Source: Tubiluchus corallicola (Eukaryota > Animalia > Priapulida). From it: a stretch of DNA of 64,000 bases. This document shows positions 22,858-36,688 of this stretch, piece after piece (positions within the stretch are counted from its first letter, which is position 1; each line of letters opens with the position of its first letter). The stretch is taken from the NCBI GenBank assembly GCA_030141605.1, contig JAQGDQ010000316.1, positions 210,671 through 274,670 on the forward strand, in the 5' to 3' direction. The notes below the pieces were generated by a model. It was given only the letters and a program-made list of their open reading frames with translations. It was not told the origin of the DNA and made no database searches. Made by a program: the position numbers and the translations under genes.

Positions 22858-24949
22858 CTTAGTCTTTCAGCCTAATTCAAGATTAACTTATTTAATGCAT
22901 TTTAAATACAGAAAAAGGACTCCGACATCGAATAAAATTGTGTTTAAGTTAAGTAAACGTAAAAGAATAAACTTTTTTGATGTGTTTAAATTGCAGTGTC
23001 CGTTTGATGTGTTTAAATTGCAGTGTCCGTTAAGACTGCGTGTTTCTCGTCTCATAAACGCTCTTTCATGCTTGATGAAGCCAGATAACATCAATATGTT
23101 ATTGTACAAATTAATTGGTGAAGCTTGTGGCCTGGGCCTCCCTCTAATTATATTCTGGGCGTAATGATGGAAAAGCAGTTATCTAAATAGGCATGAAATG
23201 CAGGCAAGGAGCAGATATAATTAATGATCGATGATAATTTAAGCTTCTGGGGACTGCTATTATTAGGATGAAAACTTGGTACTTTCGACGAAGTGACTGA
23301 GTATTACAATCACATGCTGCTATTTTCGGCTGGCCTATATTTTTGGGTGATTGCTTGACAACGTTGTAGAGGCAATGGACCACTAAAAACTCAAATTGTA
23401 CATCATAGTGGACATTGTCCAGCAAAGTAGAAAACTATCTTGCAGGATCGTGCAAACGTACGTCCAGGTGCAGATATCACAGATATTACTCTTTCTCTGT
23501 TTGTCACGCAAAAGTGCTGAATAGTTACTGTCAGTTATACAGCCAGCCTGAGTTAATGCAATTAAAAAGCAGATATAGTAGCACAGTCCAGTGAGGTATT
23601 TCATGATGTAGTATTTTGTTTAGCAACTGTATGGTGCACCTGTGGAAACTGACACCACACAACCCGGCTTCACTTAACAGGTATCAATTGATCACAAACA
23701 AAAGGCCAGTATCCAAGTAGAACTGCAAAATCCCGTCCATTAAACCCAGTTGAATTGGTCAAAGTTTGCAACAATTAGACCATTTAGAATGTGGCAGTAT
23801 CGTAGAGTACAAACATATGAAATGATTAGTGTAATATGTACAGAGAAATGGCTATAGGACGTGTAACCGTAATCATAATTGAAGAGGGCCAAAGGCACAT
23901 TGTCCGTAGAAACAGCTGCAGTTGCAAGCGGTAAGCGTAGTAAGCGGTACAATGAATTGTTGATTGAATTAGGTTACTATCGACCGTCTAGGGATGGTGG
24001 AAATTTTGCTCAGAATGTGATGCCTTCACAATAATAAGTCTCTTAGCCCACGAAGCCAAGTGACGGAAGTGACGTTGAAGTGTGAAATAAGACGACCGAA
24101 CCAATTAGGTATTTAGGGGTAGGATTACTGACTTCTCGATTGATTAATTGTGGCGGAAAGCTGTCTTGCTCGGTCTACGAGAACAGGCTCGGTGCCAAGC
24201 AAGTGTTTTGTCTTCTCTTTTGTAGTAGGAGAGTTAAACATTGCAATAGTTTTGAAAATTTAACATGCATGTAATAAGGATTCTACATTTAACACGCTGT
24301 ACCCACAACCTAGTGTAGACATTATTGTTTTGTCCAGTTTGTCTGTCTGCATGTCTGTAACCCATAACCTCAATAAAAAATGATGAACACTTTGGTACAG
24401 GTTGATTTCCTTTATTACTGTGCTCAAAAAAATAAGTGAAGGAGGTGTAGATGGGGGGGGGGTTAATATAAATTGCAGTCTGAAATAATAAAAGTAAAAA
24501 GCAACATTTAGAACTTAATAATTCACTTAGGTTTAACATACTACAACAAAAATTAAATTTAAAGCACTAACCTCAGTTTAGGTAAATCAAAAAACCATAA
24601 AATATAATTTGAAGCATACACACCTTAACAAACTAAATTATGAAATTTGAAATCTGAACTCTACCAGCAGACTATAAAACCTGAGCTACTACTGCCCAAC
24701 ATACAATAGCCAGGACTCCTGTTACACCTCATTAACTTTAGTTGAAACTCAGTAAATGGTATGTAAATAGATAGTACAGTAAAAAGCTTAAGAAATAGGT
24801 GAATTATTTTTACAGGCAAACAACCAAAAGATGGCAGCATCTCCTTAAGATACTACCACTTTCTCCTAAGTCTAAGTCTAAAAAACCTTAATTATAGCAC
24901 AACTGCGTAACAAAATGCATATTATCAAATTGTTTCCTAAACAATACAA

Positions 24950-25320
24950 TTTTGATATTAAATTTCTATTTCTAAACCCATTTTCTGTCTGACAATCATT
25001 ACTTTCTGTATCCTGGTATTGACCATCACTAATTTTTCTGTTTCGAATGTTTTTAAATCAACCATCACATCTTCTTCATCAAGTATCTTTATAGATTTCT
25101 CACACATTAGTAAGTGTTCCGTTGTATCTTCATCAATTTCACACAAAGGACATTTCAGTTCAATTTTAAACTTATTTTTGAAATTTGTTTCACTTTAATC
25201 ATATTCAGTTTCCACTCTGTTATTTTATAGACTGTTTTTTGGTTACCCTTAATCACATAATCCACTGGATTATTTCACTTTCCTGTAGCATTTTCCATGA
25301 ATCTCAGTTTTTTCATTACT
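24950..25320 (-). mobile_element. LINE ORF2 C-terminal fragment
   Basis: CPLCEIDEDTTEHLLMC, a CCHC-type knuckle typical of non-LTR ORF2 ends. Confidence 0.6.
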
Positions 25321-25888
25321 CCAATTACGCAATGTACTCCAAAGGAGATATAGTAGATTAAGAACAAATCTGCCACATAGGTTGCCTAAGACGTCTGAGT
25401 GCTTGGTTGGCTAACTGAGAGCCTGCGAGGATGCCTGCTTAACCAACTGTATGACTGATTAAATGATTCGGTTAGCTTGTGTTCTAATTCCCGCTGTCTG
25501 AGTAATTATGTTTAATTGTCTAGTCTGATTGGCTCTTTCGTGACTGGCTGGCTGGATGTTTAGTGATTTCGAGGATTTAGGATCTCCAGGAGAAAATCCG
25601 ATAGTTAATATTCAGCAAGACGCTGTCTAAGGATCACTAATATGCTTCTTGTCCCAGATTTAATACTCAGCCTTCCAGAGCAATAACATCCGATAATCTT
25701 AAATAAATAAACCCCCATTTCCCATTGTGCATGTTGATGTTTATTTGGAAAGGCAAATTTAGTTAATTACGGTTTTATAAACACGTGTCACGCTCGTTCT
25801 GCGGCAGTGAAATGCATGTTATGGAAAGCGTTGTAATGTACAGTAGATATGTTACCGGCAAAGTGTGAAATCGGGAATTCTATAGAAC

Positions 25889-26035
25889 TAGCAAAAGCCC
25901 CGCAAAAAATTTTGCGTATAAATACACATATAATCAAAAATAGGCGAACATCTTACGTAGTCCTCGTTTTTATCACGGAAAGCCAGCAGCAGCAGCTTTT
26001 ACTGAATTAAAGCTATAGGCAGAGTATAGTGGATG
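25889..26035 (-). mobile_element. Non-autonomous Helitron-like 3' end
   Basis: Minus strand CGCAAAA-tt-TTTTGCG-GGGCTTTTG-CTAG|T; homologous to 9485-9668. Confidence 0.7.
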
Positions 26036-26941
26036 ACGTCAGAACAATGGCTTTGCGTCAGCAGTTTTCTAAGCGAAAATTGTCGAAAATAGAACATCTA
26101 ATTAACTCGTCGTCACTCCTCTTGGTGGACCTGTCCTAACATATACCCTACACCACCGTGTAGCCCTGTTCTTGTTCTTTCTAAAGAGCCCTATATCTCC
26201 TTCCGAGAGTCCCCAGGCGCCGCTAGAACGTATAAATATATATACCAGCAGAATTAATATATAGAATATAGGTATTTTATATAGGGTCAAACCAAACCAG
26301 GTAGTATCTAAAATAATTTCTTGTACATTTTTATAGGTATTTTTAATGCAGAAGAAAATTTGAGAAAAGTATTGTTCAGGGGTTCGACCCGGTAGATAAC
26401 CTCAACGGTGACGCGGGTAAGCGCTGCATAACGGACACTCCAGAAATTTAAAAAACGAACAACAAAACCAAAACTTAGAATTCAAAAGGGAAGGACTGAG
26501 AAGAACAACAAAAATTGAAAAAATAGAAAAAAAAACCTGATGACAATGCTTCAAACGTTAACAGAATCCACGACATTCGGCAGCCAGTCATGAGAAGAGC
26601 ATTCCACGACAAAAAACAGGCAACTGACGATGTTCGTTTTTTCCACAGGAAACCACTCCTCAACCAATCGCAATGTTATGGGCTTCTTAGTTTAAAATGG
26701 AGGTCATAACATTACCTGTAGGTTGGTTGGCATGGTGCCTATGAATAAAAATGTACAATGCACATTCACCAGTTCAGCTCAGTGTTTTAGAATTTGGATG
26801 TTCTTTTCCTAGGCATTTTTATAGAGTCTAATAACTTTTAGTTAGTTAGTTTAAATATAATTCATTATGGGATTGATCAGACAGATTGAACAACATGATT
26901 TAGGATCCTCACCACAACAGACTTTATACACTATTTACAAG

Positions 26942-27237
26942 AACATTTACAGTAAGAATAGACTATAACTACACAAGCTGACAAGTTTTACTACAAGATT
27001 ACATTAGACATTAGTAACATTTACAGTAAGAATAGACTATAACTGCACAAGCTGACAAGTTTTAGTACAAGATTACATTAGACATTAGTAACATTTACAG
27101 TAAGAATAGACTATAACTACACAAGCTGACAAGTTTTACTACAAGATTACATTAGACATTAGTAACATTTACAGTAAGAATAGACTATAACTACACAAGC
27201 TGACAAGTTTTACTACAAGATTACATTAGACATTAGT
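26942..27237. repeat. 74-bp minisatellite, 4 copies
   Basis: AACATTTACAGTAAGAATAGACTATAACT...ATTAGACATTAGT repeated at 26942, 27016, 27090 and 27164. Confidence 0.95.
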
Positions 27238-27306
27238 AGAAAATGACGGTTAGAAAATATTAATGTACGAATATTTAAGACTGATGCATTTCATATCAGA
27301 TAAAAA

Positions 27307-27525
27307 CTACTGGAAGCGTTTAGTACGTAATATAAAGTCACGTATACATTGGAATATTTTACAGCTAGCAACATAGTTAAATTCATCTTTTCCGAATAAT
27401 AACAACTTCAACAGATCATTAGTTCCTAAGGCAGCTATATTAAGGTTTTTGGGCAGAAGTATTTCACTTATTTTATCAAACATAACAACCCTAGTTTGTT
27501 GATACAATGGGCAGCGCAAAAAAAG
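27307..27525 (-). mobile_element. LINE 3'-end fragment
   Basis: CPLYQQTR...LLKLLLFG...FILRTKRF, a common non-LTR ORF2 terminus. Confidence 0.65.
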
Positions 27526-27640
27526 TGTTAATTAATAACTTTTAAGTAAGTACAATAATAATAAAACAAGTCGTTAACTTTTATGATACTAATTTCCCAG
27601 ACATTTTATAGAATTTTATTTTAGGGAATGTGTGAAATAA

Positions 27641-28110
27641 GTCAGGTTTCTGTGTGCTTGCAAATCTGCGCTGCAGATACGTTCTTTCGCTTGTGTTTGA
27701 GGCTTGAAATTCCTTCTAATGTCGTTTCTCTTCTGTGGTGATGACGTTGATGACGTTGGAGACAATTTCTAGCGCAAAACAAGCGATGGTACAGATGACA
27801 GGTGATATAGAGGGCGCGAATGAGTTTGTCGTCTTTACCATGCTTTTTTCTTGCCCTCTGTTTTGACCTCCAAATGCTGGCGTTCCACTGTAGATGGTCC
27901 GACTCTGACGGGGTCTTACGAATGTTTTCAAATGTTTGACTCCGATTCCGATTTGTTTAGGCATGGATTGCATCTTGTCCGGGTAGTTGTCAAACGGTGT
28001 CGCGAACTTGAAACGGTACAGTGCTTTTTGGCACCGTGTGACGAACCTGTAAATGGTTCTAGTTATTTTGTGTTTGTTCTCAAAGTGTGGGAGTTTTTAA
28101 TCTAAACGTT
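27641..28110 (-). mobile_element. Degenerate RTE-like LINE 3' end
   Basis: Across frameshifts: MQSMPKQIGI..LKTFV..RTIYSG.. followed by TCHLYHRLFCARNCLQRHQR, a decayed C2H2-like terminus. Confidence 0.5.
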
Positions 28111-28597
28111 TTTTTGTATCTAAAGGAGGTTGACGAAAAGCGTGTTATTAGTATTTTGTTGATCGTTACTGTAGTTCCCAGCTAGAGATAAATAAAAGCA
28201 AAGAACGACTGATTAAACCATCATGATGCAATTACTTATTTACAACAATTGTACAATGTTAGACGACATGTTGAAATACAATAATAAATGTGTTAGACGC
28301 CATATTGAGTTACAGTCATAAATGTTAGTACTAATTTCTCTATTTATCTGTGCACAGTTTAGTATTATATAAGTACTCCCTAAAACATGTTAGAAATTGC
28401 TATAACACGGGGAAAAATCTGTTTCAACCATTTGACGCACCAGACAGGTTTTTCCCAAGGATCAACTTCCTGCCTACCCATTTTCCCAAGGATCAACTTC
28501 CTGCCTACACTCTTACCCTACCATATGCCTTTAGATAATTACGTAGTTAATGAGGCGGTGACAGTAGTGATTCACTTGGCTTTAAACTTATTTATTG

Positions 28598-28617
28598 CTA
28601 CAACTACTACTACAACT

Positions 28618-28672
<55 letters not shown>

Positions 28673-28676
28673 CTAG

Positions 28677-28723
<47 letters not shown>

Positions 28724-28731
28724 TTACTACT

Positions 28732-28789
<58 letters not shown>

Positions 28790-28793
28790 CTAG

Positions 28794-28842
<49 letters not shown>

Positions 28843-28843
28843 G

Positions 28844-28877
<34 letters not shown>

Positions 28878-28916
28878 CACTACCACCACTACTACTGCTC
28901 TGCTGCTGGTCTGCTG

Positions 28917-28999
<83 letters not shown>

Positions 29000-29000
29000 G

Positions 29001-29034
<34 letters not shown>

Positions 29035-29078
29035 CACTACCACCACTACTACTGCTGCTGCTGCTGGTGCTGCTGCTG

Positions 29079-29110
<32 letters not shown>

Positions 29111-29111
29111 G

Positions 29112-29193
<82 letters not shown>
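28598..29193. repeat. Compound (ACA)n/(ACT)n/(GCT)n microsatellite
   Basis: Directly visible. Confidence 0.97.
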
Positions 29194-29886
29194 ATGTGTG
29201 ATCACCACTACTTTTCGCTGATTTAAACAACGCAGCTATCGAAGATCACAGGTGAAACCAAGTTTAATACAGCTGTTTGTAAAAAAGCAAAGCAGTCTTG
29301 CAAATTCTGACTGTTAATCTGGTCAATTTTTAGCCTTCACCATTGAAGGACGTGACTGAAATTTAGATACGTTAGAAACGAAACGAACGTTAAACTCGTT
29401 GCTTATGCCAATTACTGTCAATTGCAAAACCGAACGTTGACATAACCATATTTTCAAGCATGTAAATTGTATTAATCAAATATGCTTATTGGAAGATACT
29501 GAAGGGAGGTCACGTGTCGAAAAACGCAAACTCCTATTGGCTGAAACTGCTTCGAGTTTGCTTAGGCTAAAGTGCTAGAGTTTTACGAGACGACGCGTTT
29601 ATGCAATATTCTCTCAGATTGAGGTCGCGAACTAGTTATTCACATGATCAGAGAAGTTTTGCAAGGAAGCCTTTAAGCAGTATGCCTGTTATCGTGGTCT
29701 CAGCGGTCTGATTGCAATAATTACTTTCATCTTCCGGAATCTAAGACGCTTGGCTTCAGGGAGTAGGACGTTATTATAACGCGACCATATCATGCCAAGA
29801 ATAGATCGACCGTGACTTTTGAAGAATAGGTTTGCCAGAGCGGGTCTACCTAAGCACGTATTGTAAAACAAAAGCTCGGAAGCTTA

Positions 29887-30850
29887 TGTCGGAAAATCCG
29901 GTTTAAATCAAGCCTGGCTTCTTTGGTAGCCTTACAATATTATTTAGATCGTATGCTTCGTTCATGCATGTGTAACCATGCGTTTAGTTAACCTTGCCTA
30001 TAAAATATTATATATATTAACTGTTAAATTTTACAAAGTTGCTTGCACGTATAAGCAGAGAAAAATGTCAGTTTGCTCTTTATTATCTTTGTCTTCGTAG
30101 AAAATGTTTATTAATTTCACAATCGCTATTATTGTTGTCGTCATCATTATCATCATCATCATCGCCGTCATCGCTATTATCATCAAGACCGCCGTCGTCA
30201 TGATATTCACTATATTCATGAATATGCTAACTGTCGGAAAATCCGTTTTAAACCAAACCTGGCTTCTTTGGTGGCCTTACAATATCATTTAGATCGTATG
30301 CTTCGTTCATTCATGTGTAACCATGCGTTTAGTTAACCTTGCCTATGAACAGGAAGTGTCACCGCTGATCGGTGACCACCTATCAGCAGGTACCACAAAA
30401 GGGAGGTCCTCTTTTTCTTGTTTTTTATATAGGCCTGTATGTGAGATTATTCATTTAAAGTGCTGTGAATTGTGTGATTATTTTTGTTATGATTTGTAAC
30501 TTAATTTGAAAAGTAAAGTGTAACAGTTAAATTTGAATTTTGTAATAAAGTGTATTATTAGTGTGACCACAATTTATACAAATCGTTATGTTTCTCTAAT
30601 GACTATTTTTGACTGGATTATCTTCACAGCACAATTAATGCAAAATCACAGGTAAGAGCAAGTCAATCAATACCCACTAAGGTTTAAGCGTAATGCAACC
30701 TTTCTGACTGCAATAAATTAGGCATAAATTAGTGTTAACAGTGCACGATCAGGACAGGCTCTCTCCCTCTCTTTAACAGTGCACGATCAGGACAGGCTCT
30801 CTCTCCCTCTCCTTAAAGCTATTTGGCATCAAAATCAATTTTTTTCGATA
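29887..30850 (+). repeat. Local direct duplication, copy 1 (copy 2 at about 33590-35042)
   Basis: Shared sequence from AAAGTTGCTTGCACGTATAAGCAGAG through AAAGCTATTTGGCATCAAA, with internal sub-repeats in both copies. Confidence 0.9.
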
Positions 30851-32384
30851 GCTTATACTGAAAATTGATGTTTATTTCATTGCTTATTGGCGATAGGATT
30901 TATTGTTAAAGATCGGAAACAATCGTATTGATTCGCATTTGCTAATGATACTGAAATATCTTTATCATCTCGCATTAGTTTATACGTGGCGTTACATGGG
31001 AAACAGTGCAGTAGAAATATGCTGTTATGTATTTCACTTTGCAAAAACCAAGTAATATTGTAGGAAAAGTGTATTATTTTTACGTCATTATGATGTCATA
31101 GTTAAGAAGTACAGGCTTATTTAGGACAGAATCACATGTGATGTATTCAAAGCATTGAACCCGATGAACTTAAAGTAAAATCCGACCCAATCTTAAACTG
31201 CAGGTCAAAACAATCTAGTCTTTAAAATATTGAAAGGAAACATACCATCTTTTCCATACGTGAAAGAATTATTACCACACAAGCAAAATTTCGTGTTCGC
31301 GCCACTAGTTCTTCGCTGTCACATACATTTCACCATTCGCTAGTTAGACGGGCACTAGCGCCTGTATTTCGGAAACGCATTGCACAAAAACAGGTGCCGT
31401 ACCTCTCAGTTCAGTTGTGTTAGTTTGTGGCGAACTGTACGCGTTCGACAGCGCATGCGTGTGTGCAGCGGAAAATTTAAAATTCGAGATTTTACCTTAA
31501 AACTTGCCTAGTTTTAGTACAACACACTGAATATCTTACAGTAGCACTGTACTTCAATTTTCACTTTCGCAAACACGTGCAACGCGCTCGTGGATTATTT
31601 TTGCTGTTGAAAATTATGTTAGTTTGTGATGTCATCAATAGTTGGGCTCGCTCGCCGTTAATTAAGTTTTTAATCTATTATTTAATTAACAGAAACGCCT
31701 TTGCAGTATTAATTGTGTTAAATGGGGTAATATATTAAAAATCATCCTGTTTCCTTTAAGCAAACGCGTTTTTCATGTTACGTCGTTCTTGTTTATGTCT
31801 GCAAGTTATGGCACTAAATCTCTTATTAGATGACTTAGCATTGAATGGCATTATATTGCATTTTGATCAGTACATTTCAACATATCACGACATTCTTACT
31901 GTAACTTCCGGAACGCCCACTATGCTGTTGGAGACAAGAAACGACAGTGTGGTTACCGACATGCATTTCTGATTCAAAAAGTTTGAATTTGGCATTAGTT
32001 TACGCAGCGTATTAAAACGTTTATCAAGACGAGGGCAGCAGGTGGTACTTTGCATTAAAAGATACGTTACGAGAAGCAATGATGCAAAGGTTTATCTATG
32101 CATAAATATCCCTAGGTACGGATTTTGATTTTGTATACTCCTTTTCAATAGTATACTCCTTGGAATACTGTGACGTGTTCTTATCTATGGTTTACATTTT
32201 AATGTTTGTGCTCATTAAGGTTTCCCTGATTGCTTCAAGCGGCCCAACCACGAGTCTTTACATCCTCTGGACTCATCATGGTTGCAGTCTTTGTGAATAA
32301 ACATAATAATAAGCGAGAAAGATTTATGTTAAATGTTCTATAAGACTATAACGTTTCTAACAATGTTACTAATGTTGTCGAGAC

Positions 32385-32997
32385 GTTACAGATACTGGGA
32401 GGCCCTGGTCCCAGGGACAATTAACAAAAGCACGAATGTTGAATTCTTCAAATCAGTTTATTCAATTTCTACAACATATTGCCAGCATTAGGCTCACATA
32501 GATTGGTGTAAGTCGGAACTAAAACAAGTGCAATCTAAAATAAAATAAAACAATAAATAATTAAATAATTAATTAATAAATAATTAAATAATTAATTAAT
32601 AAATAATTAAATAATTAAAATAAGTTCCTAAAATATTAAATATAATACGTACAAATTACAATAAATTGTAATTTTGTCAGAGGAGATGTGACCTCAATTC
32701 CTGCAAAATTGTGTCATCGTAATCAAGATTACCAGTGTGGCAGTACCAGTGAGTAGGAACAATGGACAAGACAATAATTCCAGTGTATTGTTAAGCAGTA
32801 CATTAATTAACAGAGCCCTTTAAATTAATTAACAGAGACCCTTTTAAAGAGATAATTCAGTATAGGCCTACTTCACGCTCATTCTGTAGTAATTTTTCAC
32901 AGTAAGTTTAATTAATTCACTTTATCTCTGGAGACCCGTCAGCTGGCGAAGTCCCCTGTGCTGTAGCCTATAAAGCCCGCGCCTTAATCGGGCACTG
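32385..32997. mobile_element. Truncated copy of the hAT MITE at 45845-46967
   Basis: Shares ACAATTAACAAAAGC..AATGTT..TTCAAATCAGTTTATTCAATTTCTACAACAT and ends in TTAATCGGGCACTG. Confidence 0.7.
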
Positions 32998-33589
32998 AAT
33001 AATCGGAAGGAAAATCAGCATTTTTCTAAATTCCATTATTATTCTCGTCTCGTATTTTTATGCTTAGTTATTTGTTAATGAAGTTTAAACCACCCCATTA
33101 AGTTCATTAACAATATATGCCACGTCTGACACTTGTAGAGAGTACTAGAGAAACTAATTACTGTAGTGCAGCGAAAAATGGGGGCAATTTTCTATGAAGC
33201 AACTCAGAACCCGTGGTTATAATTGCGTTGGTATCGTAACTCAATCTAAACATTCTACAGCCATGGCATCTAGTTCTAGTTCTGTTGTTTCAGTTAATTG
33301 CGCAGCTGTGTTAGTTTAGTTTGAGTAAGTTTAAGATTTAGTTTGAATTTTATTCAACGGTTGTCTGTAGCTTTTATTAATGATACTGAGTGCACGTTCA
33401 AGTGGTTTAAGATGGGGAGAAATCTTTAGCTTTCGTTTTTACTGTTAGAAGGCGCCTGGTCACGCTTGAAGATAGAGAGTCAACGGCTTGCTGGTCAGTG
33501 GTCAGGTTCCTCCTAGTATTTCCTGGTGAGACGTAAATAGCGTGTGTTGTCTTGACAACAAGTCTGTAATTCTTTTCATTAATAACTCT

Positions 33590-34456
33590 TAAATTTTGCA
33601 AAGTTGCTTGCACGTATAAGCAGAGAAAAATGTCAGTTTGCTCTTTATTAACTTTGTCTCCGTAGAAAATGTTTATTACTTTCACAATCGCTATTATTGT
33701 TGTCGTCATCATTATCATCATCATCATCGCCGTCATCGCTATTAACTGTTAAATTTTGCAAAGTTGCTTGCAGGTATAAGCAGAGAAAAATGTCAGTTTG
33801 CTCTTTATTATCTTTGTCTCCGTAGAAAATGTTTATTACTTTCACAATCGCCATTATCGTTGTCGTCATCATTATCATCGCCGTAATCGTTATCATCATG
33901 ATATTCACTATATTAACGAATATGCTAACTGTCGGAAAATCCGCTTTAAACCAAGCCTGGCTTCTTTGGTGGCCTTACAATATTATTTAGATCGTATGCT
34001 TCGTTCATTCATGTGTAACCATGCGTTTAGTTAACCTTGCCTATAAAAAGAAGTGTCACCGCTGATCAGTTACCACCTATCAGCAGGTACCACACAAGGT
34101 GGGGTTCCCTTTTTCTTGTTTTTTATATAGGCCTGTATATGAGATTATTCATTTAAAGTGCTGTGAATTATGTGATTATTTTTGTTATGATTTGTAACTT
34201 AATTTGAAATGTAAAGTGTAACAGTTAAATTTGAATTTTGTTAATAAAATGTATTATTAGTGTGGCCACAATTTCTACAAATCGTTTTGTTTCTCTAATG
34301 ACTATTTTTGACTGGATTGTTTTCATAGCACAATTAATGCAAAATCACAGGTAAGAGAAAGTCAATCAATACCCACTAAGGTTTAAGTGTAATGCAACCT
34401 TTCCGACTGCAGTAAATTAGACATCAATTCGTGTTAACAGTGCACGATTAGGACAA

Positions 34457-34502
<46 letters not shown>

Positions 34503-34543
34503 CTCTCTCTCTCGTCTCTCTCTCTCGTCTCTCTCTCTCTCTC

Positions 34544-34639
<96 letters not shown>

Positions 34640-34746
34640 GTCTCTCTGTCTGTCTGTCTCTCTGTCTCTCTGTCTGTCTGTCTCTCTGTCTCTCTGTCTC
34701 TGTCTCTGTCTCTGTCTCTCTGTCTCTCTGTCTCTCTGTCTCTCTG

Positions 34747-34807
<61 letters not shown>

Positions 34808-34832
34808 GTCTCTCTGTCTCTCTGTCTCTCTG

Positions 34833-34895
<63 letters not shown>

Positions 34896-34932
34896 GTCTC
34901 TCTGTCTCTCTGTCTCTCTGTCTCTCTGTCTC

Positions 34933-35009
<77 letters not shown>

Positions 35010-35042
35010 GCTATTTGGCATCAAATTCAATTCTTTCGATAC
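33590..35042 (+). repeat. Local direct duplication, copy 2, with (CT)n/(CTGT)n expansion at 34460-35006
   Basis: Homologous to about 30020-30850. Confidence 0.9.
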
Positions 35043-35092
35043 TAACATACCAGGTAAAAACTTTCACTTTTTTCATTCCATGTTTTTTTCAG

Positions 35093-35784
35093 GAGCACTT
35101 TGTGGAGCTAGCTGTGACATTCCTGAACTTCTGTTCAAGATCTTTTTCTGGCTTGGCTACTGTAACAGTTGCTTGAACCCGGTGATTTATTCGTGTTCCA
35201 GTCGAGAGTTTCGCAAGACGTTTAGGAAACTCCTAAACTGCCCCTGTTTGGGTGAAACTTCCCTCTTCAAGACGTCCAGCAAGAAGAACAGAGATTCGTT
35301 CACTGACGTCATGTGCATGACGTCAGCAAGCACAAACGCAAACTATTCTGAAAGCTCAAGACGAGCAATTGCTCAATTCTACAACGATGCGCAGAGTGAC
35401 AAGGAGGAAGAGGAAGAAGAAGAAGAAGAAAAAATAGTTATCCCGTTGGACGACGACGTCGATTGTAGACATGCGTCGTCAGTCACGTGCGCCTGCGAAG
35501 GCGATGACGTCGAGTGTGAGTGTGGACGTACGTCATCAGCTACGTCACCCGACAAAAGTGGGCGTGTCGACTGTGATTGCTCATCATCAGTAAGGTGTAT
35601 AAACGAGAGCGATAACATCAATTTTGACTGTACATCATCAGTCACTAGTCCCGTTGAGGGTCGTGATGGCGAACATAAACTTACGTCATCAGTCACGTGT
35701 GTTGATGAAGATGGAATAGAAATAGTAACTCCATTAACGAAAAATAACAGCTCAGAGATTAGTGCAGCTTCCTGCAACTCGTAG
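35093..35784 (+). CDS. Terminal exon of an alpha-1-adrenergic-like aminergic GPCR (ECL3, TM7, C-tail)
   Basis: ttttttcag|GA phase-1 acceptor at the end of TM6, as in ADRA1 genes. [30 protein letters not shown] carries the TM7 NPxxY and the alpha-1-like YxCSSxEF. AATAAA at about 35813. Confidence 0.9.
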
Positions 35785-36290
35785 TTGAAATCTGAAGCGT
35801 ATTATATTGCTCAATAAATGTTTATGCCTTGCAACTAAGAAACTTGCTATTTTCTTTAATAAGCATTCGTCTCCGATATCATACAAGATATTCTTTCCAG
35901 GAAGCAATTCCAAAAATTTTTTTTGGGGCTGTCAGTTTTATCAGAAGAAAACTAATCATGTCTAATTGGACTGTCAGTTAATTTCAGCATTACAGCTCGT
36001 ATAATTCGTATAATTATGAAGATCAACTAAGCAGTTCAGTTGTGATAAGCCAATCGAACTTTACAGCAATAATTAAGAAGCAGTTGCAGTGTAATATGAT
36101 TTACTGATGAAAACTGATCATATTAGGTCAATATTTATATGGCTTTACTTATTACTGTTTCTAGCCTGCGCTTTGAATTCAGTTTTAAAAAACGTTATGT
36201 AGAATAATGGAAAATTTGCTGAGTAGTATCGTTTTCTATATTGTTGCCATATATTGTTTAATTCGTTCACGACAGTGTCGCTCTTCATAT

Positions 36291-36688
36291 TAATAAGCCT
36301 TTTCACAGTTCCAGCGATTGATGATGATCGTGAAAAGGTCAAAGGTTAAGTGCACGAGACAGCGCATTTGTGTACACTTGACAACGCCTCGCGGCCCATG
36401 CTATTATAATAGTAACAGTTTTAACAGCTAGCTAGAACATTACCTAGTTCATTTTTTCTTGTTCCCAAGCAAGATCCTGCTAGTAAATCACTCTACACAA
36501 CAGACTAATGCATAATTGAGTAAAGTCCACGTAAAACAACCGAAGTTACTGAACCGATGTGGCAGACGACTTTGCTTTACCAACTTGTTACGTGATGGTA
36601 GTACTTAAGACGCGTTGCTGTGGTACACTTAACCTTTGACCTACAGCAACTGCGCATGCGCACAACGAAACTGTGAAAAGGCTTATTA
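36291..36688. mobile_element. MITE with TIR (TA)ATAAGCCTTTTCACAGTT
   Basis: TAATAAGCCTTTTCACAGTT at 36291 and AACTGTGAAAAGGCTTATTA ending at 36688. A second family member lies at 40394-41656. Confidence 0.85.
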
